A stretch of 20,704 bases of DNA, from the NCBI GenBank assembly GCA_035357435.1, contig DAOPNM010000010.1, positions 1 through 20,704 on the forward strand. Reading direction: 5' to 3'. Positions 5,867-15,197 of the stretch are shown one piece after another (within the stretch, counting starts at the first letter, position 1; each line of letters opens with the position of its first letter). The position numbers and the translations under genes are program-made. Under the pieces are notes generated by a model that ran no database searches, was not told where the DNA came from, and worked only from the letters and a program-made list of their open reading frames with translations. Source of the DNA: an archaeon (GTDB lineage Archaea > Iainarchaeota > Iainarchaeia > Iainarchaeales > CSSED10-239).

Positions 5867-6850
5867 ATGCCAAGAAAATATAAGCCAAGATCAGGATCAA
5901 TGGCATTTTATCCACGAAAGAAGGCCTCTTCAATTATTCCTAAGTTTAATGTATGTTCTTCTAAAGATAATAATGATGTTAAGCCATTGTTGTTTTATGG
6001 AATAAAAGTAGGGATGACAGACATTATTGCAAAAAATGCACATAAAGGAAGTTCATCATATGGGCAAGATATTTCTATACCAGTATCTTTAATTGAAACA
6101 CCTGATTTAAGAATAATTGGTGGTAGGTTATATAAATCTAATTCAAGTGTTAATGGTAAAAATGTTGTTTCTGAAATTATACAATATGATTCTTCAATAC
6201 AAAAAAGAATAAAAGGCAAAAAATCTAAATCTACAAAAACTATTGATGATTTTTTGAAAAAAAGTTCACAAGCAGATGATTTAGTTTTAATTTGTGCAAT
6301 TGATTTTAAGAAGACAGGTGCCCAACAAAAAACACCAGTAATTGTAGAGGTGCCATTATCTGGGGTTTATGAAAAAAAAATAGAGTATTTAAAAAATAAG
6401 TTTGGTAAGAAAATTGCAATAGAAGAGACATTTAAACAAGAACAATATGTTGATGTTAAAGCAGTAACAAAAGGTCACGGTACTACAGGCCCTGTAAAAA
6501 GATTTGGCATAAAAACACAAAGACCAAAGGTTCAGCAAAGAGAAAGGGCAGTAGGGTCTATTGGTCCATGGCATCCTGCTACAATAATGTATACTGTTGC
6601 AAGACCAGGGCAACATGGTTTTCAAAATAGAGTTGCATATAATAAAAAAATTATTATGTTGGGTTCAGATGATAGTTTAGTTAATAAGAAAGGCGGTTTT
6701 AAAAATTATGGTTTAATTAAAAACAAATATTTAATGGTTGCAGGAAGTATTCCAGGAACCTCAAAAAGAATTGTTGCAATTAGAGATGCAACAAGATCTA
6801 ATGTAAGAAATAGTTTAGAACTTACAGATATTTCACATATTTCAAAATAA
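5867..6850 (+). CDS. rpl3: 50S ribosomal protein L3 (uL3)
   Basis: 327 aa. MPRKYKPRSGSMAFYPRKKA, KGHGTTGPVKRFG, GPWHPA and RPGQHGFQNR match conserved uL3 blocks. It is the first gene of the canonical L3-L4-L23-L2 order. Confidence 0.97.
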   Translation: MPRKYKPRSGSMAFYPRKKASSIIPKFNVCSSKDNNDVKPLLFYGIKVGMTDIIAKNAHKGSSSYGQDISIPVSLIETPDLRIIGGRLYKSNSSVNGKNVVSEIIQYDSSIQKRIKGKKSKSTKTIDDFLKKSSQADDLVLICAIDFKKTGAQQKTPVIVEVPLSGVYEKKIEYLKNKFGKKIAIEETFKQEQYVDVKAVTKGHGTTGPVKRFGIKTQRPKVQQRERAVGSIGPWHPATIMYTVARPGQHGFQNRVAYNKKIIMLGSDDSLVNKKGGFKNYGLIKNKYLMVAGSIPGTSKRIVAIRDATRSNVRNSLELTDISHISK

Positions 6851-6861
6851 GGTAATATTTT

Positions 6862-7671
6862 ATGAAAGCAAATGTTTTAAATTTAGATGGGAAAATAATT
6901 AAAGAGATTGAACTTCCAGACCTTTTTGAAGAGGCCTATAGACCTGACCTTATAAAGAAAGCAGTAATTTCAAGTCAATCAAGAAGATATCAACCAAAGG
7001 GTAATTCCCCATATGCAAATAGAGACAACACAGCCTTTTATGAAGGTTCCAGAAAATATAAAAGTCCAATGAATACGTCTATTAATTCAGGAAGAGCAAG
7101 ATTACCACGTTTAAAAAATAGACGATTTTTATTAGCAGGAAAGGTTGCTGGTGTTCCACAAGCAGTTGGCGGACCAAAGGCACATCCTCCAAAAAAAGAA
7201 AAAGTTTTAGTTAAAAAGATAAATAGGCAAGAAAAAAAGAAAGCAATATTAAGTGCACTTTCTGCAACAGCAAATTTAGACTTAGTATTTTCGAGAAGTT
7301 CTAAGGTTCCACAGAATATAAAATTGCCAATTATTCTTAATAATGATTTTGAAAATTTAAAAAAGACACAAGATGTGTATAATGTACTTGAAAAGATTGG
7401 TATTTTAGAAAATGTACAAAATGCAAAATCCTCAAAAACAATTAGAGCAGGAAAAGGGAAAGCAAGAGGAAGAAAGTATAAAAAAAGGAAAAGTATATTA
7501 TTTGTTTTAGGTAATTCTAAAAACTATAAAGCTTTCAAAAATTTAGAAGGTGCTGATGTTGTTTCTGCAAATCAATTGTCTATTGAGGAATTAGCACCAG
7601 GAACCCATGCAGGGAGATTAACTGTTTTTACAGAGGATGCAATTATTAAATTAAAAGAAAGATTTTCATAA
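6862..7671 (+). CDS. rpl4: 50S ribosomal protein L4 (uL4)
   Basis: 269 aa. The GRARLPRLKN and IRAGKGKARGRKYK blocks are typical of archaeal L4. The gene sits between L3 and L23, with an AGGT SD. Confidence 0.95.
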   Translation: MKANVLNLDGKIIKEIELPDLFEEAYRPDLIKKAVISSQSRRYQPKGNSPYANRDNTAFYEGSRKYKSPMNTSINSGRARLPRLKNRRFLLAGKVAGVPQAVGGPKAHPPKKEKVLVKKINRQEKKKAILSALSATANLDLVFSRSSKVPQNIKLPIILNNDFENLKKTQDVYNVLEKIGILENVQNAKSSKTIRAGKGKARGRKYKKRKSILFVLGNSKNYKAFKNLEGADVVSANQLSIEELAPGTHAGRLTVFTEDAIIKLKERFS

Positions 7672-7697
7672 ATATTTTATTGTAAAATGAGAAGATT

Positions 7698-8021
7698 ATG
7701 GCCAAAAAAATTGATAGTAAGAAGATGGAAGATATAAAGAAAAATATTTTATCTAGTGGCATAGATTATTATGATGTTATAGAATATCCAGTTATTACTG
7801 AAAAATCAATAGATCTTATATCTTCACAGAATAGGTTGACCTTTGTCGTAAATAAATCTGCAACAAAAGTTGATATAAAAAATGCTGTTGAAAAAATGTA
7901 TAATGTAAAGGTAGTTTCTATATCTACATTACTTGATAGGCGAAATAGAAAAAAAGCATTTGTTACTTTAAGTAAGGAAAATAATGCACAAGATCTTGCA
8001 AATAAATTAGGTATATTATAA
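7698..8021 (+). CDS. rpl23: 50S ribosomal protein L23 (uL23)
   Basis: 107 aa. YPVITEKS and LTFVVNKSATKVDIKNAVEKMYNVKV match the uL23 core. It has about 20 extra N-terminal residues relative to typical archaeal L23. The internal Met10 is an alternative start. Confidence 0.93.
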   Translation: MAKKIDSKKMEDIKKNILSSGIDYYDVIEYPVITEKSIDLISSQNRLTFVVNKSATKVDIKNAVEKMYNVKVVSISTLLDRRNRKKAFVTLSKENNAQDLANKLGIL

Positions 8022-8035
8022 ATTAGGGAAAGTAT

Positions 8036-8743
8036 ATGGGTAAGAGATTAAAGATACAAAGACGAGGAAAAGGAACTCCTAAATATAGATCTACAATTCA
8101 TGCAAAGGTAGATGTAAGATATCTTCCTGATAATAAATTAATTAATGGACAAATTGTAGATATGATTACTGACCCAGTAAGATCAGCACCACTTGCAAAG
8201 ATTATTTTAGAAGATGGAAGAATTGTTTATAATATTTGTGCATCAGGATTAATAACTGGTCAAAAAATTCAAATAGGTTCTGGTGCAACACAAGGTACTG
8301 GTAATATTTTACCTTTGTCTGAAATAGATACTGGTAAACAGGTATATAATATAGAAAAAAATTATGGAGATGGTGGTAAATTTGTAAGATCTGCAGGCCA
8401 ATCTGCAACAATTGTTGCAAAAAAAGAAGATGTTACGATTAAGTTGCCATCTGGTGAATTAAGAAGTTTTCCATTAAATGTAAGAGCAACAATTGGTGTT
8501 ATCGCATCTTCTGGGAAACAAAATAAACCTTATGTTAAAGCAGGAAACAAGTATAAAGCTATGAAAGCAAAAGGCAAGCCTTATCCAATAGTAAGAGGGG
8601 TTGCAATGAATGCTGTTGATCATCCATTTGGTGGTTATCAACATCATGTAGGTCATTCTAAATCTACATCTAGACATGCACCACCTGGAAGAAAAGTAGG
8701 TGCAATTGCATCTAGTAGAACAGGTAGAAGAAAGAAGAATTAA
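8036..8743 (+). CDS. rpl2: 50S ribosomal protein L2 (uL2)
   Basis: 235 aa. GKRLKIQRRGKG and VAMNAVDHPFGG...HAPPGRKVG are the archaeal/eukaryotic-type L2 signature. Confidence 0.97.
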   Translation: MGKRLKIQRRGKGTPKYRSTIHAKVDVRYLPDNKLINGQIVDMITDPVRSAPLAKIILEDGRIVYNICASGLITGQKIQIGSGATQGTGNILPLSEIDTGKQVYNIEKNYGDGGKFVRSAGQSATIVAKKEDVTIKLPSGELRSFPLNVRATIGVIASSGKQNKPYVKAGNKYKAMKAKGKPYPIVRGVAMNAVDHPFGGYQHHVGHSKSTSRHAPPGRKVGAIASSRTGRRKKN

Positions 8744-8770
8744 AATAAATTTTTTAAAAAGGAATAATTT

Positions 8771-9151
8771 ATGTCTGAATTTAAGTATAAAGGAAAAACA
8801 TTAGAAGAATTACAAAATATGTCTTTAAAGGAATTTGCACAAATTACAACATCACGGGCTAGGAGAAATCTTTTAAGAAACGAAACAGATCATTTTTATC
8901 AAAAGTTTGAAAAAAATGTTCAATTAAATAAAAATATACGAACACATAAAAGAGACATGGTTATTACACCAAAAATGGTAAACAAAAAGATTTATGTGTA
9001 TAATGGACATGAATTTATAGGTGTAGATATCACCCCTGAAATGTTAGGCCATTATTTAGGGGAATATGTTTTAACACGGAAAAGAGTGAAACATGGTAAA
9101 GCAGGAGTTGGTGCAACAAAGTCATCTACTGCAATAAGTGAAAGAAAATAA
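8771..9151 (+). CDS. rps19: 30S ribosomal protein S19 (uS19)
   Basis: 126 aa. NGHEFIGVDITPEMLGHYLGEYVLTRKRVKHGKAGVGAT is the uS19 core, and the gene is in the canonical position. Confidence 0.96.
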   Translation: MSEFKYKGKTLEELQNMSLKEFAQITTSRARRNLLRNETDHFYQKFEKNVQLNKNIRTHKRDMVITPKMVNKKIYVYNGHEFIGVDITPEMLGHYLGEYVLTRKRVKHGKAGVGATKSSTAISERK

Positions 9152-9161
9152 GTGAGATATA

Positions 9162-9632
9162 ATGGCAAAAATAAATTATAATTTTCAAAAAAAGGTTGAT
9201 CCTAAGAAAACAGCAAAGGCATCTAGAAGAAATGCAAGGGTTTCTACAAAGATGGCTATTGAATTTTCAAATTATTTTAAAAATAAAAAATTAAATTCCG
9301 CATTAATTATTTTAGATGATATTATTGCAAAAAAAGATTTTTTGCCATTAGTAAAATATAGAAAAAAAGTTGCACACAGAAAAGGGCAGGCAAAAAGAGG
9401 TGTGCCATCTGGTAGATATCCTGTAAAAACAGCAAAGGAAATTAAACAATTGCTTTTGAATGCAAGAGCAAATGCAGAGGAAAAAAATTTAGATATTGAA
9501 AGGTTAAAGATATTACACATGTATGCAAATAAAGGTGTTACAAGATCAAAACTACAACCTCTTGGAAGAATTGGTGGAAAAACAAGAGAATCAAAGTCAA
9601 CAAATTTAGAAGTTATTTTAGTGGAGGAATAA
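9162..9632 (+). CDS. rpl22: 50S ribosomal protein L22 (uL22)
   Basis: 156 aa. The VSTKMAIEFSNYF and HRKGQAKRGVPSGRYPVKTAKEI blocks match, and the gene lies between S19 and S3. Confidence 0.94.
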   Translation: MAKINYNFQKKVDPKKTAKASRRNARVSTKMAIEFSNYFKNKKLNSALIILDDIIAKKDFLPLVKYRKKVAHRKGQAKRGVPSGRYPVKTAKEIKQLLLNARANAEEKNLDIERLKILHMYANKGVTRSKLQPLGRIGGKTRESKSTNLEVILVEE

Positions 9633-9635
9633 ATT

Positions 9636-10541
9636 TTGAAAGAGAATCCATTTATCAGGGATAAGCTAAAAAAGATAGCTATATCAAATTATTTAAAAGA
9701 GAAATTAAAAAAAGCAGGGTTTATAGATTTAGACATAGAAAAGTCAGCGAATACAACAAAAGTTGTTATTTATGCTTTGAAGCCTAGCTTTGTAATTGGT
9801 AAAAAAGGCACAACAATACGTGCTTTAACAGATGATTTAGAGAAGGAATTTGGGTTATCTAGAGTTAGAATAGAGATAGGTGAAATCCCAAACAAACATT
9901 TAGATCCAAAAGTTATTTTGGAGAATATGCAAATTGCAATTTCAAGGAGAAGACCATGGAAAAGTGTTGTATATAATGCATTACGAGAAATAAAAGAGGC
10001 AGGTGCTATTGGTGCAGAAATAATTGTTAAAGGTAACCTTGCAGGGAAAGGAGAAAGAAAAAGAAAGGCAAGATTTTATTTTGGTTATTTAAAAAAAGCA
10101 GGTGCTCAAAAAGATTTAGTTGCATATGATCAAAGAACAACATATCCAAGTTTAGGAACTATTGGTATAAAGATAAGAATTACAAGACCAGGAACAGTCT
10201 TTAGTGATAAGATAGATGTCACTGAATTAGCAAAATTATATAAAATAAAACGTGAAGAAGAAATTATTAATAAATCCAAAACAGAGCAATCAAAAAGTGA
10301 AGAGTTACAAAATGAAACAAAACAAGTAGATAATAATGTTGTTGAAGAAATAAAAGAAGAGGCACAAGAGTCAGGTTTGAAAATAAAAGAGAGAAAAAAA
10401 AGAGTAGTTAAACCAAAAGCGGATGTTGCTGATTTAAAAGATGCTGATTTATTAAAAAAAGAAACACAAAATGATTTAAAGAATAATGCATCTTTAAAAA
10501 ATATAAAATCTGAAAATAAGCAGCAAGCAAATTTAAAATAA
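9636..10541 (+). CDS. rps3: 30S ribosomal protein S3 (uS3) with a long Lys/Glu-rich C-terminal extension; TTG start
   Basis: 301 aa. It has a KH-type VIGKKGTTIRALT motif and GAIGAEIIVKGNLAG. A TTG at 9636 is preceded by a GGAGGA SD at 9624-9629, and the resulting N-terminus (KENPFIRDKLKK) aligns with normal uS3 starts. The last 100 aa or so are low-complexity K/E/N/Q. Confidence 0.95.
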   Translation: MKENPFIRDKLKKIAISNYLKEKLKKAGFIDLDIEKSANTTKVVIYALKPSFVIGKKGTTIRALTDDLEKEFGLSRVRIEIGEIPNKHLDPKVILENMQIAISRRRPWKSVVYNALREIKEAGAIGAEIIVKGNLAGKGERKRKARFYFGYLKKAGAQKDLVAYDQRTTYPSLGTIGIKIRITRPGTVFSDKIDVTELAKLYKIKREEEIINKSKTEQSKSEELQNETKQVDNNVVEEIKEEAQESGLKIKERKKRVVKPKADVADLKDADLLKKETQNDLKNNASLKNIKSENKQQANLK

Positions 10542-10555
10542 AGTGTGATATTTAA

Positions 10556-10774
10556 ATGACAAAGAAAAAGAAAATAGAAGTTAATTCAATTCAAGAAATT
10601 GATAATAAAATTAATGAGTTAAAGTTAGAATTGGCAAAATATAAAGGGATGCTAGTATCTAAAACAAAAGTAACAAACACATCTAAGAAAAAAGAGATGC
10701 AAAAAGAGATTGCAAGATTATTTACTTTAAAAAATAGTTTATTAAAGAAAAAGGAGGGTGCTAAAGCCGCATGA
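10556..10774 (+). CDS. rpl29: 50S ribosomal protein L29 (uL29)
   Basis: 72 aa of helical K/E-rich sequence including ELKLELAKYKG. It sits in the canonical slot after S3 and has a GTGAT SD. Confidence 0.9.
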   Translation: MTKKKKIEVNSIQEIDNKINELKLELAKYKGMLVSKTKVTNTSKKKEMQKEIARLFTLKNSLLKKKEGAKAA

Positions 10775-11073
10775 AAGATATTAGTTCAGTAAGTAGTTTG
10801 TCAAAAGATATCTTTGATTTAAGCACAATAACAAAAGAAAACCAGTCGCTAAAAATTGATTTGGTTAAAAAAAAGTTCAAAAAACTTTCAACAATTATTT
10901 CTGGATTTAATTCATTAGATGAAGCAAAAGATGTGGAAAAGTTTTTGAAGAAAAGGTTGGCTTGTGGTGGTACAGTTAAAAAAAATGTTATTGAACTTCA
11001 AGGAAATCAAAAGGAAAGAGTTAAAAAATTATTGATTGAAAAGGGCTACAAAGAGGAATTAATTGATGCCTAA
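10771..11073 (+). CDS. Translation initiation factor aIF1 (SUI1 family)
   Basis: 100 aa. The C-terminal KKRLACGGTVKKNVIELQGNQKERVKKLLIEKGY matches the SUI1/eIF1 signature. Its start overlaps the rpl29 stop as ATGA. Confidence 0.9.
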   Translation: MKDISSVSSLSKDIFDLSTITKENQSLKIDLVKKKFKKLSTIISGFNSLDEAKDVEKFLKKRLACGGTVKKNVIELQGNQKERVKKLLIEKGYKEELIDA

Positions 11074-11251
11074 ATTAAAAGACATTGATTTGATTGGTAA
11101 AATGATTGTAATAGAAAATTCATCAGATCTTAATAAAATTGGTTTGAATGGGCTTGTAGTCTATGAAACAAAAAATATTGTTGTTGTTAAACATAATGAA
11201 AAATTTAAATGTATAAAAAAAGCAGAGATTTTAAAAATAAAAGAGGAATAA
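11066..11251 (+). CDS. rnp1: RNase P protein component 1 (Rpp29/Pop4), minimal 61-aa form
   Basis: LIGKMIVIENSSDLNKIGLNGLVVYETKNIVVVKHNEKFKCIKKAEILKI matches the Sm-like Rpp29 core pattern LIG..v.V..S.n....G..G.VvdETkNtl.i. I place the start at ATG 11066 (GAGGA SD at 11053-11057) rather than the TTG at 11063 used by the track. The gene overlaps the aIF1 3' end by 8 nt. Confidence 0.8.
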   Translation: MPKLKDIDLIGKMIVIENSSDLNKIGLNGLVVYETKNIVVVKHNEKFKCIKKAEILKIKEE

Positions 11252-11255
11252 TTTT

Positions 11256-11555
11256 ATGTCAGAAGAGAAAGAAAAAATAATTAATCCAAAAGGATTTAGT
11301 GTAAGAGGTAAGTTAATACAGGGAAAGATTATAAAATTAAAATCACAAAAAACTGCAGTTATTGAAATTGAAAAAGTTAAATATATTCGAAAATATGAAA
11401 GATATCAAGTTGTTACAAAAAAATATCCTGTACATATTCCTGATGATATGGTTGTTAATGTAGGAGATATTGTTTTATGTGGAGAAACAAGGAAGATAAG
11501 TAAAACTAAATCTTTTGTTATCTTAAAGAAAATAGAAAAGGTTGATAAAAAATGA
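11256..11555 (+). CDS. rps17: 30S ribosomal protein S17 (uS17)
   Basis: 99 aa. GKIIKLKSQKTAVIEIEKVKYIRKYERY and VGDIVLCGETRKISKTKSF are uS17 blocks. It has a GAGGA SD. Confidence 0.95.
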   Translation: MSEEKEKIINPKGFSVRGKLIQGKIIKLKSQKTAVIEIEKVKYIRKYERYQVVTKKYPVHIPDDMVVNVGDIVLCGETRKISKTKSFVILKKIEKVDKK

Positions 11556-11950
11556 AACAAATTAGTGCACATCCAACAAAAGGGTTAGCTGTTGGCACAA
11601 GATGTTTTTGTGCAGATAATAGTGGTGCAAAAGAAGTAGAAATTATTTCAATTTATGGTGCTAAACCAAGAAAAAGACAACATCCATCTTGTGGTATTGC
11701 TTCATTAGTTAATGTTGCAGTTAAGAAAGGAACACCAACAACAAGAAAAAAAATAGAAAAGGCCGTTGTTATTAGAGTTAAAAAAGAATATAGAAGGGCA
11801 AATGGTATGAGAATATGTTTTGAAGATAATGCCGTTGTTCTTACAGATATAAAAGGTTTCCCAAAGTCCTCAGAAGTTAAAGGGTGTGTTGCAAGAGAAG
11901 TAGGGGAAAGATTTCCAAAGATCGCGTCTCTTTCATCAGCAGTAATTTGA
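11552..11950 (+). CDS. rpl14: 50S ribosomal protein L14 (uL14)
   Basis: 132 aa with CADNSGAKEVEIISI and RICFEDNAVVL. Its start overlaps the rps17 stop as ATGA. Confidence 0.97.
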   Translation: MKQISAHPTKGLAVGTRCFCADNSGAKEVEIISIYGAKPRKRQHPSCGIASLVNVAVKKGTPTTRKKIEKAVVIRVKKEYRRANGMRICFEDNAVVLTDIKGFPKSSEVKGCVAREVGERFPKIASLSSAVI

Positions 11951-11992
11951 GTTAATTACTGTTTTTGATTTAAAGGTTAAAAGGTTTTAAAA

Positions 11993-12355
11993 ATGAGATT
12001 AATAACAAAAAAAGCAAGAAAAAAAAGAAAAGCACTTTATACGAGTCCTTTTCATGAAAAAAGGAAGAAATTAATTGCACCTCTTGATGATCCTTTAGTA
12101 AATGATGTTGGGAAAAAAAGATTGCCTGTAAGAAAAGGTGATACTGTTATAATCAAAAGAGGGCAATTTAAAGGGAAGTCTGGCAAGGTTGAAAAAGTCG
12201 ATTATAATCGTTTAAAAGTTTATATTAAAGATATTAAAAAAGTAAATAGTAGAGGAAGAGACATATTAATTCCATTTGATGCCTCTAATCTTTTGATTAC
12301 AGATGCTGTATTAAAAGATGAAAAAAGAATTAAACAAAATATTAAAAAAAAATAA
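11993..12355 (+). CDS. rpl24: 50S ribosomal protein L24 (uL24)
   Basis: 120 aa with the KOW motif VRKGDTVIIKRGQFKGKSGKVEKV, in the canonical position. Confidence 0.95.
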   Translation: MRLITKKARKKRKALYTSPFHEKRKKLIAPLDDPLVNDVGKKRLPVRKGDTVIIKRGQFKGKSGKVEKVDYNRLKVYIKDIKKVNSRGRDILIPFDASNLLITDAVLKDEKRIKQNIKKK

Positions 12356-12368
12356 ATAAAAGATAAAT

Positions 12369-13058
12369 ATGACAAAAAAAGGATCAACAAGAGTTTTAAA
12401 AGTAAATAAAGCCCGTGCAATAACTGGTGTGGATAAAACAAGAAGATTTATTATTAGGCCATCTTCTGGTAAACACAAATTAAATTCTGCTGTTTCTATA
12501 GGATATATTTTAAGAGATACCCTTCATTTGGCAGATAATTTAAAAGAAATTAAATATATTTTACATAATAAAGACGTTCTTGTTGATAGTAAGGTTGTTA
12601 CATCTTATAGCTTCCCAGTAGGTTTGTTTGATGTTATATCTATACCTAAACTAAATAAATATTATAAGGTTATTTTCTTAAAAAATGGGTCGCTTAGTTT
12701 AAAAGAAATAAATAAAGATGAATCAAAAGAAAAAATATGTAAAATTGTTAAAAAGAAAAAAATAAAAGGTAATAATTTTCAATTAATAACAAACGATGGA
12801 AGAACTATTATTACAAGTAATTCTGCATATAAAACAAGGTCTTCTGTAAAACTTAATCTTGATGAAAATACAATTAAAGAATATCTTCCTTTAGAGGTAG
12901 GTAGAAAAGTGTATATTATTAGTGGAAAACATATTGGTCAAACCGCAATAATAGAAGCAATTTCTCCAGGTACTTTACAAAAACCATGGTTATTAAAATT
13001 AAAAGATCATGATGATGAATTTGAAACTATTGAAAAAAATGTTATTGTGATTGGTTAA
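12369..13058 (+). CDS. rps4e: 30S ribosomal protein S4e (eS4)
   Basis: 229 aa with GKHKLNSAVSIGYILRD, SFPVGLFDVISIPK and the KOW-like ISGKHIGQTAIIE. This protein is specific to archaea and eukaryotes. Confidence 0.95.
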   Translation: MTKKGSTRVLKVNKARAITGVDKTRRFIIRPSSGKHKLNSAVSIGYILRDTLHLADNLKEIKYILHNKDVLVDSKVVTSYSFPVGLFDVISIPKLNKYYKVIFLKNGSLSLKEINKDESKEKICKIVKKKKIKGNNFQLITNDGRTIITSNSAYKTRSSVKLNLDENTIKEYLPLEVGRKVYIISGKHIGQTAIIEAISPGTLQKPWLLKLKDHDDEFETIEKNVIVIG

Positions 13059-13072
13059 AAAAGAGAACAATT

Positions 13073-13657
13073 ATGAGCAGCAATAAAGATAAAGAAATTA
13101 TTGTTAAAGAAAAAACAAATCAAGAAATTAAATCTATAAAAGATAAGTCTGCAAACAGCATGAGAGATATCTATGTAGACAAAGTTGTAGTAAACATGGG
13201 TGTTGGTGAAGGTGGTAATGAATTAGAAAATGCTGCAAATATTCTTAAAATGATTACAAAAAAACCAGTTGTTAAAACAATTTGTAAAGTAAAGTTGCCT
13301 ACTTGGAATATTAGGCCAGGTCTTCCAATAGGTGTAAAAACAACATTACGCGGGAAAGATGCTTTAGATTTTATTGATTTGACATTAAAAGCAAAACAAT
13401 ATAAAATAAATAAAAAAAGCTTTGGGAAAGATGGTAATTTTTCATATGGTATTCATGAATATTTAGATATTCCTGGAGTTAAATATAATCCTGCATGGGG
13501 GATAAAAGGATTTGATGTTTGTGTATGTTTAAGAAGGAAAGGATATAGAACAAAATTAAGGAAATATAAAACAACTAAAGTTGGTAAAAAACATAATATT
13601 ACTAGAGAAGAAGCAATGAAGTTTGCTCAAGATAAATTAAAGGTTGTGGTAGAATGA
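13073..13657 (+). CDS. rpl5: 50S ribosomal protein L5 (uL5)
   Basis: 194 aa with [11 protein letters not shown] and [20 protein letters not shown]. It has about 20 extra N-terminal residues. Confidence 0.95.
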   Translation: MSSNKDKEIIVKEKTNQEIKSIKDKSANSMRDIYVDKVVVNMGVGEGGNELENAANILKMITKKPVVKTICKVKLPTWNIRPGLPIGVKTTLRGKDALDFIDLTLKAKQYKINKKSFGKDGNFSYGIHEYLDIPGVKYNPAWGIKGFDVCVCLRRKGYRTKLRKYKTTKVGKKHNITREEAMKFAQDKLKVVVE

Positions 13658-13839
13658 GTAATAAAAATATAAAAAGGAAAAAAACAAATGTTAGCCCTAC
13701 AAACAAGGAATATAAAAGACAAAAGGTCTGTGGATTTTGTGGAACAAAAAAAGGTTTGATTAGAAAATATAATTTATACATCTGTAGAAGATGTTTTAAT
13801 GAAGTTGCTCCAAAATTAGGTTTTAAAAAATATGATTAA
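13654..13839 (+). CDS. rps14: 30S ribosomal protein S14 (uS14), zinc-binding type
   Basis: 61 aa. [23 protein letters not shown] carries CxxC...CxxC. Its start overlaps the rpl5 stop as ATGA. Confidence 0.95.
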   Translation: MSNKNIKRKKTNVSPTNKEYKRQKVCGFCGTKKGLIRKYNLYICRRCFNEVAPKLGFKKYD

Positions 13840-13850
13840 GGTTGATTTAA

Positions 13851-14240
13851 ATGAGTATGAATGATCCAATTGCAGATGCTTTAAATTCCATTAATAATGC
13901 AGAAAATGTGGCAAAAACATCTTGCACTTTAAACTATTCAAAATTATTAGTTAATATTTTAAAAATTTTGAAGAATGAAGGATATATTAGACAATATAAG
14001 ATTGTTGATAAAAACTCTCATAAGCAAATTGTTGTTTATCTTTCAGGAAAAATTAATAAATGTAAGGTGATAAAACCAAGATATGCAGTAAAGCATGATG
14101 ATTATGAAAAGTTTGAAAAATCATTTTTAATTTCTAGAGGGATAGGTAAGATCATCGTAAGCACAACACAAGGTTTAATGACGCATACAGAAGCAAAAGA
14201 GAAAGGATTAGGCGGAAGATTAGTTGCATATGTTTATTAG
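13851..14240 (+). CDS. rps8: 30S ribosomal protein S8 (uS8)
   Basis: 129 aa with MNDPIADALNSINNAE and VSTTQGLMTHTEAKEKGLGGRLVAYVY. Confidence 0.96.
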   Translation: MSMNDPIADALNSINNAENVAKTSCTLNYSKLLVNILKILKNEGYIRQYKIVDKNSHKQIVVYLSGKINKCKVIKPRYAVKHDDYEKFEKSFLISRGIGKIIVSTTQGLMTHTEAKEKGLGGRLVAYVY

Positions 14241-14260
14241 GTTTATTGAGGGAATATTTT

Positions 14261-14824
14261 ATGGAAAAAAATAATGTTGAAAAAATAAAAAATAAAAAAT
14301 TGGAACCAATTGAGATAATCATTCCTTCTGACATTTCAGTAAATATTTTCAAAGATAAAATAGAGTTTAGTAAATCTGGGGAAGTTCAAGTTGTTATTGT
14401 AAATCCTGTTTATTTATCAGTTGAAATGAAAGATAATATATTGTGTTTAATTCCAAAAAATTCAAGAAAAATAAATTTATCAATATTAAATACAACTCAA
14501 AAATTAGTAAAAAATGTTTTGCAAGGTTATGAAAAAGGATATGAATGTAAATTGGCTATTGTGTATTCCCACTTTCCAATAACTGTTAAAGTTGAAGGAA
14601 ATACTATTTTAATTTCAAATTTTTTAGGTGAAAAAAAACCAAGAAAGGCAAGATGTATGCCTGGTTGTAAGGTAGATGTAAAAGGAAAAGAAATAATTGT
14701 TTCTGGAAAAAATAAATATTATGTTAGTCAAACTGCGGGGAATATTCAAAAAGCTACCAGGGTTACAGGGAAAGATTATAGGATTTTTGATGATGGCTGT
14801 TATATTGTGGAGAAAACAAAATAA
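14261..14824 (+). CDS. rpl6: 50S ribosomal protein L6 (uL6)
   Basis: It contains YSHFPITVKVEGNTILISNFLGEKKPR and QTAGNIQKATRVTGKDYRIFDDGCYI. The track starts the ORF at a TTG at 14246. I prefer ATG 14261 because a GAGGG SD at 14248-14252 would otherwise lie inside the ORF. Confidence 0.93.
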   Translation: MEKNNVEKIKNKKLEPIEIIIPSDISVNIFKDKIEFSKSGEVQVVIVNPVYLSVEMKDNILCLIPKNSRKINLSILNTTQKLVKNVLQGYEKGYECKLAIVYSHFPITVKVEGNTILISNFLGEKKPRKARCMPGCKVDVKGKEIIVSGKNKYYVSQTAGNIQKATRVTGKDYRIFDDGCYIVEKTK

Positions 14825-14842
14825 TTTAAATGTGAAATATTT

Positions 14843-15187
14843 ATGAGTAATGATAGACCTAAATTTAGAGGGCATTTTCCATTAACTACAAGAAGATCAC
14901 AAAGAAAAAAAAGAAAGAAATTATCAAAATGGAGATATCCAAAAGGAATAGACAGACATATGTCTGAATCAAGAGGGCCAATGCCAAGTATAGGTTATGG
15001 TCATAAGAAATCAGAAAAGAATATGCACCCTAGTGGTTATATGGAAGTTTATGTTGTTTCAAAAAAAGATATTGAAAATATTAAGGATAAAAATGTTGCA
15101 ATAAGATTTTCAGGTAAACTTGGCAAAAAGAAAAAAGATGAATTGATTAAATTTGCAAATGATAGAAATATTAAAATATTAAATTAA
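14843..15187 (+). CDS. rpl32e: 50S ribosomal protein L32e (eL32)
   Basis: 114 aa. KWRYPKGIDRHMSESRGPMPSIGYG is the eL32 core. It has a GTGA SD and the canonical position after L6. Confidence 0.93.
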   Translation: MSNDRPKFRGHFPLTTRRSQRKKRKKLSKWRYPKGIDRHMSESRGPMPSIGYGHKKSEKNMHPSGYMEVYVVSKKDIENIKDKNVAIRFSGKLGKKKKDELIKFANDRNIKILN

Positions 15188-15197
15188 GGGGAATAAG

